The notes: generated by a model from the letters alone, not told the origin. Shown: positions 26,989 to 37,731, numbered from the stretch's first letter. The stretch is 64,000 nucleotides of DNA from Nitrospinaceae bacterium (GCA_046754465.1 JBHHVU010000006.1:33116-97115); one strand, 5' to 3'. Numbers and translations are program-made.

Positions 26989-28845
26989 TCAGGGTTGCGG
27001 AAAGGCTTCGCCCGAATGAGCGATCAAATGCACCATGGACCGGGCGCAGCCGAGCAGGTCGGCCAGGGACAGGCTTTCGCCCGGTTCGTGCATGCGCGCA
27101 TCCGGATCGTACGCCCCCAGGCAGAGGGGTGGAATGTCGCCCAGGGCGTCCAGCAGTTTGGCCACGAAAGGAATGGACCCGCCGCACCCGTACAGGCAGG
27201 GTTTTTGCCCGAACCCGGTCTCCAGCGAATCCATCACCACCGTAAAAACGGGATGAACGATCCGCGTCATCCACGGGGACGCGCCTTTGTCCAGGTGGAG
27301 CCTCATGTTGAAGCCTGCCGGTGCGTTAGCCTCGAGGTGGGCCTGTAAATCCGCGGCGGCCTGGTGTTCCTCGTTGCCGGGAGCGAGGCGGACCTCCACG
27401 GTCGCCTTGGCAGTCGGGTCTTCAAAAGGCCGGGCTTTTCCATCGGCTTCCACGAAAAGCGATTGAACCCTCATCGCCGCTTGCCCGGAAACGGCTTCGG
27501 CCCACGGCGCCAGATCGGGATGGAGGGACCCGTCGTCCTCCACGAGACGATCGATCATTCGGGCCAACTGAAGTTCCGGGACCGGGAAGGGACCGCCATT
27601 GATTCCGGAATGAGGATCCTTGGTGGCGGACTGTAAAACGAGATCCAACGCGACGGTCCCGGGTTCAGTGGGAACGGGATGGAGCGTCAGTTTCAGATTG
27701 AAAGGATTGAATTCTTCCAGGATTTTTTCCAGGGCCTGGGTGACGGTTTGGGGATCCCGTGTGGATCGCAAGGTCAGGCGGGCGCCGGCAACTCCGAAAA
27801 TGATGCTGCCCGCGACACGATGGCCCGGACGAACGTTGATGAACGATTTCCGAAGCTGGGCCGCAAGCAAGGCCTCCACTTTGGGAGGCACCGTCAGCCG
27901 GGTCCCGGGCAGAAGTCCCGCGGTTTCCCTCAGCAGGTCCACGCCCGTCGGAACGCGGGCGTACCCTTTTTCCTCTTCCGCCGTCACCGGCCGGTCCGCC
28001 CGGGCGATCGGCTCCACAGCCAGGGAATGGTCTTCGTATATGAGGGTGGCGAGCAGCTTGTAAAGGGCTGTCTGTGCATCCACTTCATGGGAGGAATTTA
28101 CGGACGAGGTCAGGGTCACTTCCAATTGGATGATTCCCCGAAGGGAGGTGGTCAGGCCCGGGATCCCCGTGACCGGATTCACCACGTCCGTGATCACCAC
28201 GCAGTCGGTGTCGGCGAAAAAGGCCTGATTTTGCCGGATCTGATCGATCAGGGAGTGCGACCCGCATTCCTCCTCGGTTTCGTAAATGACTTTCAGGTTG
28301 CAGGGGAGAAGAGACAATCTATCCCGGGAAGGCTGTTTGGGATCGTAGCCGATGGATTTCAAGATGGCGTCGACGGTCATGCCAATGGCGATCACCCCAC
28401 TCAGGTCGTCGGCGGCGCCCCGTCCGTAGGCGCGGGTCCGGTCCGCGTTCCACCTCAGTTCGGTGGGGGGAACGCCGCTCCATTTTTCGAATTTTTCGTT
28501 GTCCATGTAAGGTTGCTTGTCCAGATGGGCGTAAAACAACAGGGTGGGTTTCCGCGGGGACACCCCGATCTCCGCCATCAGAATGGGGGTGGCCCCGGTG
28601 GGCTCGTCCAGGGGCCGGTTGATTTTGATTCCGTCGAAACCGATGGTTTCAAGATACTCCCGGGCGCATTGCAGTATCTCCCGCATATCGCTCGGCGATT
28701 GCCGGTCCCCTTCGAATTCTCCGACGTTGAAACTCCTGCTGTCGATGCGGACCATTTCTTTCAGCACTTCCAGATGCCATTCGACCAAATCGGATCCCGG
28801 CTGGATTTTGCCGAGGGCGATGCGGTCCCATTCACTCATGCTCAT
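26989..28845 (-). CDS. M20-family metallo-dipeptidase/amidohydrolase with enlarged lid
   Basis: YAHLDKQP, GRGAADD, ETEEECGS, GGSIP, HEPGE; 618 aa. Confidence 0.85.
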   Translation of the reverse strand: MSMSEWDRIALGKIQPGSDLVEWHLEVLKEMVRIDSRSFNVGEFEGDRQSPSDMREILQCAREYLETIGFDGIKINRPLDEPTGATPILMAEIGVSPRKPTLLFYAHLDKQPYMDNEKFEKWSGVPPTELRWNADRTRAYGRGAADDLSGVIAIGMTVDAILKSIGYDPKQPSRDRLSLLPCNLKVIYETEEECGSHSLIDQIRQNQAFFADTDCVVITDVVNPVTGIPGLTTSLRGIIQLEVTLTSSVNSSHEVDAQTALYKLLATLIYEDHSLAVEPIARADRPVTAEEEKGYARVPTGVDLLRETAGLLPGTRLTVPPKVEALLAAQLRKSFINVRPGHRVAGSIIFGVAGARLTLRSTRDPQTVTQALEKILEEFNPFNLKLTLHPVPTEPGTVALDLVLQSATKDPHSGINGGPFPVPELQLARMIDRLVEDDGSLHPDLAPWAEAVSGQAAMRVQSLFVEADGKARPFEDPTAKATVEVRLAPGNEEHQAAADLQAHLEANAPAGFNMRLHLDKGASPWMTRIVHPVFTVVMDSLETGFGQKPCLYGCGGSIPFVAKLLDALGDIPPLCLGAYDPDARMHEPGESLSLADLLGCARSMVHLIAHSGEAFPQP

Positions 28846-29014
28846 TTCTGGATTCTCCGGGTTTCTCGGGTTCCCCGCCGTTATCGATGCCGGGGCCGTC
28901 CGCTTTACTTCTCGCCGCCAAATGATATATTATACGCGCAAGCACGGGCTTGGGTGTTGTGGATGATGCTTCTTTGGCGTTTTCTTTCTTCTAAATCTCC
29001 CGCCTCGATTCCAT

Positions 29015-29287
29015 ATGGTTTGCCGCCTGATCAATCTGTTCACGTTGATTAAAATATTCAGGGAGCGGGGTAACTGGAAACTGATCCGGCATTCCCGAAA
29101 GCAGCTTTGGGATTTCATTCTATGCCGGAGCGGCATGAATCGGAAATCCTTTTTCCGGGCCATCGCCTATTGGTTTTTTATGTTAAAAGGGTTGGATGTG
29201 CTGGTGTGGCGGCTGGAAACGTTCGGATTCCTTTACGGTCCGGATCTCAGCGAGGAAGATAAGCGGCGAATGAACCGGTACCTGTAA
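29015..29287 (+). CDS. Small hypothetical protein
   Basis: 90 aa ORF filling an otherwise empty gap; basic and aromatic-rich; no recognised motif. Confidence 0.5.
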   Translation: MVCRLINLFTLIKIFRERGNWKLIRHSRKQLWDFILCRSGMNRKSFFRAIAYWFFMLKGLDVLVWRLETFGFLYGPDLSEEDKRRMNRYL

Positions 29288-29409
29288 TTCCTCCGGGGTT
29301 CACTGCCGGCCAGGTTTGCCCTCGGCCCGCGTACTTTTTACAAACTCCGGCACCCTTCTTTTTTCCTTCCCGAAGGTGCCGGGATTTCCCTTTCCCGGAA
29401 TGCGGCTGT

Positions 29410-30939
29410 TTGGCGTCCATGGGCAGTGGAGAAAATGGTATCTGTTTGGAGCATGCGAGATCCTTGGCCGGGTTGCTGAATAACAGAACGTTCCTTATTT
29501 CGTTTCTCCTCTTTTCGTCGGTGTTGATTTTCCTGGGCCGGCAACTGGATGTCGGGCTTCCCAATTTCGACGACGCTTATTACGCCCAGAAAGCCAAGGA
29601 GATGCTCGCCTCCGGGAACCTATGGGTGGTGACCCACCACGGCGTTCCCGACTTCGCCAATCCCCCATTCCCCTTCTGGATGACGGCCCTGGCGTTCTGG
29701 CTCTTCGGGGTATCGGGATATGCGGCGGTATTCTTTTCCGCGCTGTTTGGGGTGGGTACCGTTTACCTGACCTACCTCCTGTGCCTTCACCTCTTCAAGG
29801 ACCCGTGGACCGCTTTTTTCTCCGCATTCGTTTTGCTTTTCCCCGGCATGTTCGCCGATTCGGCCCGGCGGGCCATGGTCGATATCACTCTGGCGTTCTG
29901 CGTGACCGCGGCGATGTTTTTTTTCGTCAAGGCGCAGGAGAACAGAAGGTTTTACCTCCTGTACGGGATCATGACCGCCCTGGGAATTCTTACCAAAAGC
30001 ATCCTTGGATTGTTTCCGCTTATGATCGGTTTCGCGGTCCTGCTATGGACCCGGAACTGGAAGGAACTGTTCAATACCACGCTTTGGGCCGGGGTGAGCA
30101 TTGCCCTGATTTTCGGGTTCAGTTGGCATGGGGTGAACTGGTTCGTGCTCGGGGACGATTTTCTCAAAACGCATTTCGGAGTTCTTCTTTTCAACCGGGG
30201 ATTTTCCGGGACCGGCGGCTCCTTCTATTTTCTCGGGTATGCCCGCGACTTCGCAAAAAATTACTGGCCCTGGCTTCCCTTCGCGGTGGTGGGACTCGTC
30301 AAGTTCGGAAAACGCGCCTTCGTTGAAAAGGATTTCAGTTCCCTGCTGGTGCTGACCTGGATCGCAGTGGTCTTCCTGGTGATGAGCACCAGCAAGAACC
30401 AGACCCTCCGTTACCTCTTCATGATTTTTCCCGCGCTGGCCATTGTCACCGCCAAGACCATCGCCGATGGGCTCCAGGAAAAGACCCGGGAGCGATGGAC
30501 CCCCTACGCGCTGGGTCTCATTCTGGTGGCGGTTTTGTTCGTCAATGTCACCCCTTTCCAGGTGAAGGTGATGCTGTCCCCGAACAGCGTGGAGGTCAGG
30601 CAACTGGCGGCGGTGATCCATTTGAATACGCCCCGGGACCAGAGGGTGGGCAATTACCGGCTGTCCATGTATAACCCGCGGCAGGCTCTCCTGTTTTATT
30701 CCGAAAGGTACCTCGATGACCCGGTCGGCGATCCCTCGGTCCTGCTCGAACAGATGAAGAAGCGTCCCGGCTCCACCTGGTTGACGCCCGTTAGCGAATT
30801 CAACAGGCTGAAGCAAGCCTACTCCGGAAAGTTTTACCTGATCCAGGCCAACGGAAGATACGCATATTTTACTTCCGCCGGGAACCGGGAAAATATTCGC
30901 TACGATTTTTCCGGGATGTCCCTGCCCCTCGTCCGGTAA
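29410..30939 (+). CDS. ArnT-like GT-C glycosyltransferase (GT83/PMT_2)
   Basis: FDDAYYAQKAKEM, NPPFPFW, multi-TM, LGILTKS, QTLRYL; true start probably slightly downstream. Confidence 0.85.
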   Translation: MASMGSGENGICLEHARSLAGLLNNRTFLISFLLFSSVLIFLGRQLDVGLPNFDDAYYAQKAKEMLASGNLWVVTHHGVPDFANPPFPFWMTALAFWLFGVSGYAAVFFSALFGVGTVYLTYLLCLHLFKDPWTAFFSAFVLLFPGMFADSARRAMVDITLAFCVTAAMFFFVKAQENRRFYLLYGIMTALGILTKSILGLFPLMIGFAVLLWTRNWKELFNTTLWAGVSIALIFGFSWHGVNWFVLGDDFLKTHFGVLLFNRGFSGTGGSFYFLGYARDFAKNYWPWLPFAVVGLVKFGKRAFVEKDFSSLLVLTWIAVVFLVMSTSKNQTLRYLFMIFPALAIVTAKTIADGLQEKTRERWTPYALGLILVAVLFVNVTPFQVKVMLSPNSVEVRQLAAVIHLNTPRDQRVGNYRLSMYNPRQALLFYSERYLDDPVGDPSVLLEQMKKRPGSTWLTPVSEFNRLKQAYSGKFYLIQANGRYAYFTSAGNRENIRYDFSGMSLPLVR

Positions 30940-30948
30940 ACGCGGGGA

Positions 30949-32721
30949 TCAGCGGTTGGTGAACAGGATCAAGGTTTGCGTCCAGGCGGGCGATTTCAAA
31001 TCCACTCCCTCCTCCCAGAACCGCTTCAAGGTTGCCCGGTCGACCCGCCTGTTTCTCCAAATTTTATCCGTGACCAGCGGGATCAGGGGGAGGCCGCGGA
31101 AATTGTTGCGCCAGTCGGATTCGCTGAGGACCACAAAAACTTTTTGATCGGTGTCGAGAAATTTTTTCAATCCCTGAGGCGTGAATATATACTTTGACAT
31201 TTGCCCCGTCAAAACTCCCAGGCGGGCCTGATGGCTGCCCAGGCGGTACACGCCGATCCGTTCCTCTCCCGTTCCGGACAGCCGTATTTTTTCAGCAAAC
31301 TTTTTCATGGGGTAACGGCTGAAAAATGGAATCGCGTCACCGCTGATAAAAGCCAGGCTGACGATCTGGAACAGGCACAGGGCGAGGATCAGCGGGACCC
31401 AACGCCGCATCATGAAAATCAGAATGCAAACCGCTGTTCCGGACGCCAGGAAAAGGGGCAGAAACATGATGCGGAAAGGGACCGGGCCGGAAGCATGGTA
31501 AACCAGGACCGCCGCGGCGGTGCCCACCGTGAGAACGAAGTACAGCAGGATCGTCAGGTAGAAGGGAATTTTAAAGAGCGGTCTTCGGAAACCCCGGGGG
31601 GAACGGGCCAGTTGCACGAAAAAATGGCCCAGGAGCAGGGCCATCGCCGACGAACCCGGCAACAGGTACCGGCTGTGTTCGATGCGAAACAGGCTGAACA
31701 GGATCAGGGGAATCAATATCCACAACAGGCAAAGCAGGACGCCGCCCCGCTCCCGGTCAAACATCCCCCGCGTGCGGCCCTTGAAAGTTTCCCCCAGGTT
31801 GGAGAAATAGGAACGGACTCCCCTCCCCGGCCGCGGAGAAAGGGAAGCCAAGCCGAGGAAGGCGCCGAACGCGAAGATCAAGAACAGGGACCAGGGAAGA
31901 TAATATCGGAAAAGCACGCCGGGGTAATAAAAACTGAAGGGCGTGCCGTGGATGATCCGGTCCCTGATTTCCGGCCCGAGCAAATGGTTCTTGAACTCAT
32001 TCCCATGCAGGACGAACATGGCCGCGAACCAGGGGAGAATCACCGCGAGCATGATAAGGATACCCGTCCCCAGGCGCATTTGTTTCACCCGCGCCCCTTC
32101 GCGCCGCGTCCACAGGAAGAGGACGAGGGTCAGGCCGGGAATCAGCACGGCCGGGGGACCCTTGGTCAGGAATCCCAACGCCATGGCCAGGTAAAACAGG
32201 TAATAATTTCCCGCGCCTTCTGATTCGTCCTGGTACCCCCTAACAAAAAAGTAGAACGCGGTGAGGATGAAAAAGTTCAGGGTCATGTCCGTCGTGGCCC
32301 AGCGTGAAATCTCGAAATGCATGAAAAAGGATGGAAGCAGGAAGGCGCCCGCAAGGGCAGCTTGCCGGTCAAACAGCCTGCGGCCCAGCAGGTAGGTGAG
32401 ACACACCGAAAGGGTTCCGAGGATCACCGAAACCAGGCGGGCGGCTGCGAGGCCCACGCCCAGGGTTTTGTAGGAAAGGGCCACCAGCCAATAAAAAAAA
32501 ATGGGCTTGGCAAAGCGCTTCCGATCGTGGTACATGGGCGTAATGTAATCGCCGGATTCCACCATGTTTTTTGCCGAGAGAATATAAAAATTCTCATCGG
32601 TGTGGTAGGGGGGGATTTCTCCCAACCGGTAGGAGAAGGCGAAAAAACAGACCGCGGCCAGCAGAACCAGAGAAACAGATGCTTTGATTGGGTTCGATTC
32701 GGAACGAGCCTGGTTTTGCAT
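30949..32721 (-). CDS. ArnT-like GT-C glycosyltransferase
   Basis: TDENFY, FAKPIFFYW, LGFLTKGP, RYLLP, multi-TM. Confidence 0.88.
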   Translation of the reverse strand: MQNQARSESNPIKASVSLVLLAAVCFFAFSYRLGEIPPYHTDENFYILSAKNMVESGDYITPMYHDRKRFAKPIFFYWLVALSYKTLGVGLAAARLVSVILGTLSVCLTYLLGRRLFDRQAALAGAFLLPSFFMHFEISRWATTDMTLNFFILTAFYFFVRGYQDESEGAGNYYLFYLAMALGFLTKGPPAVLIPGLTLVLFLWTRREGARVKQMRLGTGILIMLAVILPWFAAMFVLHGNEFKNHLLGPEIRDRIIHGTPFSFYYPGVLFRYYLPWSLFLIFAFGAFLGLASLSPRPGRGVRSYFSNLGETFKGRTRGMFDRERGGVLLCLLWILIPLILFSLFRIEHSRYLLPGSSAMALLLGHFFVQLARSPRGFRRPLFKIPFYLTILLYFVLTVGTAAAVLVYHASGPVPFRIMFLPLFLASGTAVCILIFMMRRWVPLILALCLFQIVSLAFISGDAIPFFSRYPMKKFAEKIRLSGTGEERIGVYRLGSHQARLGVLTGQMSKYIFTPQGLKKFLDTDQKVFVVLSESDWRNNFRGLPLIPLVTDKIWRNRRVDRATLKRFWEEGVDLKSPAWTQTLILFTNR

Positions 32722-32954
32722 GGATTCGAGAAGAAGGTGAAGAAAAGCCCGGCGCCGGAAGATTCAGTGGAAACGGGGGCGGATCCCAAGGCATTATACA
32801 CTTTATGGTGGATGGGAGACGCAAAATTTGCCGAGGCGATTCATGATCCCCAAGGTGGACCGGACGATTAAGAACGATTTGGGTTTCCCCATCAATGGCC
32901 GGGTTCCCTTTCCCGTAACACGGTCGATGAACCCTCCAGAACAGGGAAACGGCG

Positions 32955-35396
32955 ATGGATAATGATTCACTCATACCGGAAACGGGCAAGCGGCAGGTCC
33001 CCTCCCGGCCCGGGGACCCCCCCCCCGCCGCGGATTACCCGAAGTCCGCCTTTTCGCCACATCGATTACTTCTTCTAGGGATCGTTTTTTGGACCTTCGG
33101 CTGCAATCTGGTCTGGGTCCTTCTGGACACGCGTCCGCCCTCCTGGGACCAGGGGTCTCACCTGCATCTCGCCTTCAAATACGGGTCCGTCCTCTCTTCC
33201 GGGTCCGATCGGTTGTGGTCCGACCTTCTCAGCGTGGAACCGTTTTATCCACCTTTTTATCATCTTTCCCTGTTACCGGTATTCGCTGCGTTTGGGTTTT
33301 CCGCCGACAACGCCGTTCTGACCAACTCGTTATATCTGGCGGTGATCATCCTTTCCACTTACGGGATCGGTCAACGGCTTTACGGCCGCGGGACAGGCCT
33401 TCTGGCGGCGTTTCTGGTCTCCTGTTATCCTTTCCTGGCTTACGTTTCGCGGCAGTGCCTGATCGGCACCATGCTTGGCGCCGCCGTGACCCTGGCCTAC
33501 TATTTATTTTTGCGTTGCAAAAACTTCGAGGATCGACGGTATTCCTTTTGGTTCAGCGCCGCGTTCGCCGCCGGACTGATGGTGAAATGGACGTTCTTCT
33601 TTTACATGATTCCCGCGATCGTTCTTGGACTATTGGGGCCCGGCGCCGCTCCCCACGGAAAACGGATCAAGCAGGCGGCCTTTTATCTGGGACTGATTTT
33701 GGCCACGACCGTTCTCCCCTTTCTAGTTTATATCCTGGCTGAAGGGAGATGGGCCGCCCTGTTGGCGGAGTCGGCCTTGATCGCTGTCCTGGTTCGCGCG
33801 GCTCCCCGCACCGGCATCTCCCCGGGAAAAATCCTGAACCTCATTACCCTGACTTGCGTTTCCGTCATGGTCTGTTTCCCCTGGTATGCCCACAACCTGG
33901 TGAAAATGCTCAAGGGCATTTCCAAGTTCGGGTTTCCCACCGCGGTTCTCAAGGGATTCATGGAATGGGAGCTGCCGATTTGGGGATTTTACCTGGAAGC
34001 CACGGCCCGCCAGATGGGAATATTTTTGTTTGCGGTGTTTGTCATCGCGTTTTTCTATTGGATGATTCGAAGGGAACAATTCAACCTCCTGCTCTTCGGC
34101 TGGGTCGTATTTCCCATCATCGTATTCACGTTTATCAACAATAAAGGCGTTCGTTATACCCTGCCCTGTCTGGCGGCGATGGCGATCGTGTCGGCGGTGT
34201 GGATCCTCCGAATCAAAGCCAACGCCCGGGGGATCGTGTTGAAGGGGGTGGTGGGCCTGGGAATAATCACTTATGTTTATGCGGGTTTTTTCCACGGCAA
34301 CCCCAAGGTTCCCTGGTTGGGCGGACCTCTCTTCGGGTTTCAGGCGCCTCCCGTCCGGGAGCATTGGCCCATCGATCGGATTCTGGACGATATTGTCGAG
34401 GAGGCCGCTGCTTCCCCGGGGAATCCCGTTACGGTGCGGACATTGACCAACCACCCCTGGTTTCACCGGGGAGCGTTTCGGGATGCGGCGGAAATCCGTG
34501 GACTGCCCATCATCATCAAAAGCGTGAAACGCAATTTAGGGGAGTTGACGGATTTTTTCATCACCAAGGACAGCAGCAAGACCGGAGAGTCGGGGGTCCG
34601 AAACATCAAACCCAAGAAATCGCGTTTGTTCAATGACCCGGCCTTGAAACAAACCTTTTCGCTCTTTCGAACCTATCCCCTTCCCAACGGGGCCAGGGGA
34701 CTGGTTTTTGAGAAGCGTGTGACCCCCGCGGCCGATATCCAGGGGGCGGACGATCCGCGGCAGGTGGAAAAACGTTTTGTTTCCGCTCTGGCCCGGTATC
34801 CGATTTACGGCGTGAAAGACGCGGTTAACCCCCAGGTCACCGTGATCCCCACACAAAATCCGGAAGACCGGTTGCTCGGCCGGTACAAAATGATCAGGTT
34901 TACGGCCGATTCGGCAGTCTCCAACAAGGTACGGCTGGAAAATTTTGAGTTGACCTTTGAGGATGTGCAGATCAACCTGTATGAACTTTTCCTGAACGGA
35001 AAATTGATCTTTTTCGAAATCGGCCGCCTGTTCCCCCGGGGGACGATTTTTTTCGATCCCCTGGAGAGGCTGGCGGAAAAGGAAATGAAAGGCAAAGGGA
35101 AAATCCGTCTCCACGGTGAAGGGAACCGCCTGCGCCTGGAAGTCCAGTATGAATTTCGCGGGATGACCCTGCAAGGAAAGGCGGCGGTGAAACTGCTGTT
35201 TGATCCCGGAAAGAGGATTCGTCCGGTGATCGAAACGCTTGAACTCGGTCCGGTGGCGGTTCCGGAAGCGTTTTACCGCCGGATCGCCGACCAGGAAATA
35301 AATCTCCACCCTACCCCGGGCTGGCCCATGGTGACGGATATCCGCTCCATAAAAATTTATCCGCGAAAACTGGCGATCAACCCATCCCTGGACTGA
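32955..35396 (+). CDS. ArnT-like GT-C glycosyltransferase with long periplasmic C-terminal extension
   Basis: PPSWDQ, YPPFY, GLMVKW, RYTLP; about 350 aa soluble beta-rich C-terminus. Confidence 0.78.
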   Translation: MDNDSLIPETGKRQVPSRPGDPPPAADYPKSAFSPHRLLLLGIVFWTFGCNLVWVLLDTRPPSWDQGSHLHLAFKYGSVLSSGSDRLWSDLLSVEPFYPPFYHLSLLPVFAAFGFSADNAVLTNSLYLAVIILSTYGIGQRLYGRGTGLLAAFLVSCYPFLAYVSRQCLIGTMLGAAVTLAYYLFLRCKNFEDRRYSFWFSAAFAAGLMVKWTFFFYMIPAIVLGLLGPGAAPHGKRIKQAAFYLGLILATTVLPFLVYILAEGRWAALLAESALIAVLVRAAPRTGISPGKILNLITLTCVSVMVCFPWYAHNLVKMLKGISKFGFPTAVLKGFMEWELPIWGFYLEATARQMGIFLFAVFVIAFFYWMIRREQFNLLLFGWVVFPIIVFTFINNKGVRYTLPCLAAMAIVSAVWILRIKANARGIVLKGVVGLGIITYVYAGFFHGNPKVPWLGGPLFGFQAPPVREHWPIDRILDDIVEEAAASPGNPVTVRTLTNHPWFHRGAFRDAAEIRGLPIIIKSVKRNLGELTDFFITKDSSKTGESGVRNIKPKKSRLFNDPALKQTFSLFRTYPLPNGARGLVFEKRVTPAADIQGADDPRQVEKRFVSALARYPIYGVKDAVNPQVTVIPTQNPEDRLLGRYKMIRFTADSAVSNKVRLENFELTFEDVQINLYELFLNGKLIFFEIGRLFPRGTIFFDPLERLAEKEMKGKGKIRLHGEGNRLRLEVQYEFRGMTLQGKAAVKLLFDPGKRIRPVIETLELGPVAVPEAFYRRIADQEINLHPTPGWPMVTDIRSIKIYPRKLAINPSLD

Positions 35397-35402
35397 GTTG
35401 CA

Positions 35403-36560
35403 GTGAAAATTTCCTTTTTGTGTTTTGATCTTTCGGACAACTCCCTGGGCCGGGCGGCGCTTCTCGCCAAGGCACTGTCTCAACATCACGAGGTGGAACT
35501 GATCGGCCCCGCCCGAGGGGGGGAAATCTGGTTCCCCCTGCGCGAACTGGATCTTCCCATCAAGCTTTTTCCCTGGAAACGCTATCCCGCGTTCGCGTCC
35601 ACAATCTGGCGCATGGTGCGGGAGATCGACGGCGATGTTCTATATGCCTGCAAATTGCGGCCCACGAGTTTTGGCATCGGTTTGCTGAAAAAGGCGGCAT
35701 CCGGCAAACCTCTGGTGGTGGATATCGACGACTGGGAGCTGGGTTTTTTTTACCATTCGAATTTTTGGGGTAGAATCGGGAGGTTCCTGAATCTGTCAAA
35801 TCCCAACGGACTGCCCTACACCTGGCTCATGGAAAAGCTGGCGAGGTTCGCGGACGCCGTGACCGTGAGCAACCGGTTTCTCGAGGAACGGTTTCCCGGG
35901 ACGGTTTTATACCATTGCCGTGATACGAAGGCGCTGGACCCGGCCCGATTCGATTCCGAGCGGGCCAAGGAGGAACTCGGGTTGGGAGGAAAAAAGGTCC
36001 TTATGTTTTTGGGGACACCCCGGGCGCACAAAGGAGTGGATGATTTGATCGCCGCGTTGGCCGGGGTGAAGGACCGGGAGACCCGGCTGGTCATCATCGG
36101 CGCGGACGAAGGGAAGGATTTCCCAAGGGAGCGGCTGGGGGCCGTCGCCGGCCGGGTCCTGGTTCTGCCCAAAATTCCGTTCCCAATGCTTCCCCAACGG
36201 CTGGCGGCCGCGGATATCGTGGTGATTCCCCAGCGCCGCACCAGCGATACGGTGGGGCAAATGCCCGCGAAACTGTTTGACGCGATGGCAATGGCCAAAC
36301 CCATCATCTCCACCCGCGTGTCCGACATCCCGGAGGTTTTGGACGATTGCGGGTACCTGGTCGAACCGGGGAACGTGAAGCAACTTGCCAGCGCCATCGA
36401 TTACGTGTCCGGGCACCCGGAAGAAGCCCGGTTGAAAGGGCAAAGAGCCCGGCAAAGATGTGTCGAATTTTACGATACCCGGGCCCTGGCGGCCCGGCTT
36501 CTGGAGATGTTGAATCCCTTTGAACCCGGCCGAAAGGCCTCCGGGAACAACCGGCAGTGA
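35403..36560 (+). CDS. GT4 glycosyltransferase
   Basis: HKGVDDL, PAKLFDAMAMAKPII. Confidence 0.88.
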   Translation: MKISFLCFDLSDNSLGRAALLAKALSQHHEVELIGPARGGEIWFPLRELDLPIKLFPWKRYPAFASTIWRMVREIDGDVLYACKLRPTSFGIGLLKKAASGKPLVVDIDDWELGFFYHSNFWGRIGRFLNLSNPNGLPYTWLMEKLARFADAVTVSNRFLEERFPGTVLYHCRDTKALDPARFDSERAKEELGLGGKKVLMFLGTPRAHKGVDDLIAALAGVKDRETRLVIIGADEGKDFPRERLGAVAGRVLVLPKIPFPMLPQRLAAADIVVIPQRRTSDTVGQMPAKLFDAMAMAKPIISTRVSDIPEVLDDCGYLVEPGNVKQLASAIDYVSGHPEEARLKGQRARQRCVEFYDTRALAARLLEMLNPFEPGRKASGNNRQ

Positions 36561-37711
36561 CCGGCGATGACATTCATCATGGGTTATTAATCGATATTCC
36601 GGCCCTTGGGATTGTTCCGTCATTAGGGCCTGGAACGAAGGATACCGTGGAATATTTTGACAGGAATAAAATTTCACCGCGGCCGAAAATCCTCTTGATC
36701 AAATTGCGGTCCATTGGCGACGTGGTGTACAACACCTCGGTCTATACTCCCCTGAAGCGGTGTTTTCCCGATTGCCATTTGACGGTTCTGGTGGAGAAGC
36801 CGTCTTATGACCTGGTCCGGTATCATCCCGATGTGGACGAGGTGCTCTGTTTCCAAAAGGACTCGCCGCTGCGTCAGGCCGGGTTTTATTTCCGGTTGTT
36901 CCGCGCCCGCTATGACGTGGTGATCGACATGCACGAAGGAACCCGCGGTGCGGTGATGTGCTTTCTGACCGGGGCGCGGTTCCGGGTGGGACACAAGTAT
37001 GCGCGGCGTTCCTTTCTTTATAACGTCAAGCTGGAATTCAAGGACCTCCAGCCGAAATACCCGATCGATTATCAAACGGCCCTGATAAAAAAAATGGGAG
37101 CCCATTTCGATCGGGTGGCCCCGGCCATTCACCTGGATCCGGCCCGCCGGAAAAACGCTCTCCGCCTCCTGGAGAAAAACGGCATACACCGGGAGGATGA
37201 ATATTGCATCATCCATCCGGGCACGGCCAAAATCTTTAATCAATGGCAACATGAAAAATTCGCGCGGCTTGCGGAAATTTTTCATGCCGATTATGGATTA
37301 AAGGTCATTCTCACCTGCGGGCCGGGGGAGGAGGATCAGGTTCATTCCGTGACCCGGTTGATAAAAAACATCCCCTTCGTTTTTCTCACCGCGGATCTCC
37401 AGGAGCTGGGCGTGATCACCCAGGGGGCGCGGTTTGCCCTGTGTCACAACGGGGGATACATGCACCTGGCATCCGTTTTGGGGACCCCGGTGATTGCCCT
37501 CTTCGGGGCGGTTCACCCCCGGGTGTGGAAACCACTTGGGGAGAGGGACGTGATTCTTTACAAGAAAGTGGAATGCAGTCCCTGCAATCACAAGACCCGG
37601 AAAAAAGAATGTTATTCCGGGGACGCAGAGTGCAAGCGGTTGATCGCCGTGGAGGATGTGCTGGAGGGTGTGGACCGTATCCTGGCGGCAAAGTTGAAGC
37701 CGGAGGATTGA
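36557..37711 (+). CDS. GT9 LPS heptosyltransferase-family protein
   Basis: KILLIKLRSIGDVV, IIHPG, MHLASVLGTPVIALFG; likely start GTG 36647. Confidence 0.88.
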   Translation: MTGDDIHHGLLIDIPALGIVPSLGPGTKDTVEYFDRNKISPRPKILLIKLRSIGDVVYNTSVYTPLKRCFPDCHLTVLVEKPSYDLVRYHPDVDEVLCFQKDSPLRQAGFYFRLFRARYDVVIDMHEGTRGAVMCFLTGARFRVGHKYARRSFLYNVKLEFKDLQPKYPIDYQTALIKKMGAHFDRVAPAIHLDPARRKNALRLLEKNGIHREDEYCIIHPGTAKIFNQWQHEKFARLAEIFHADYGLKVILTCGPGEEDQVHSVTRLIKNIPFVFLTADLQELGVITQGARFALCHNGGYMHLASVLGTPVIALFGAVHPRVWKPLGERDVILYKKVECSPCNHKTRKKECYSGDAECKRLIAVEDVLEGVDRILAAKLKPED

Positions 37712-37731
37712 TCCGGAGGCCCGGCGGCGGT

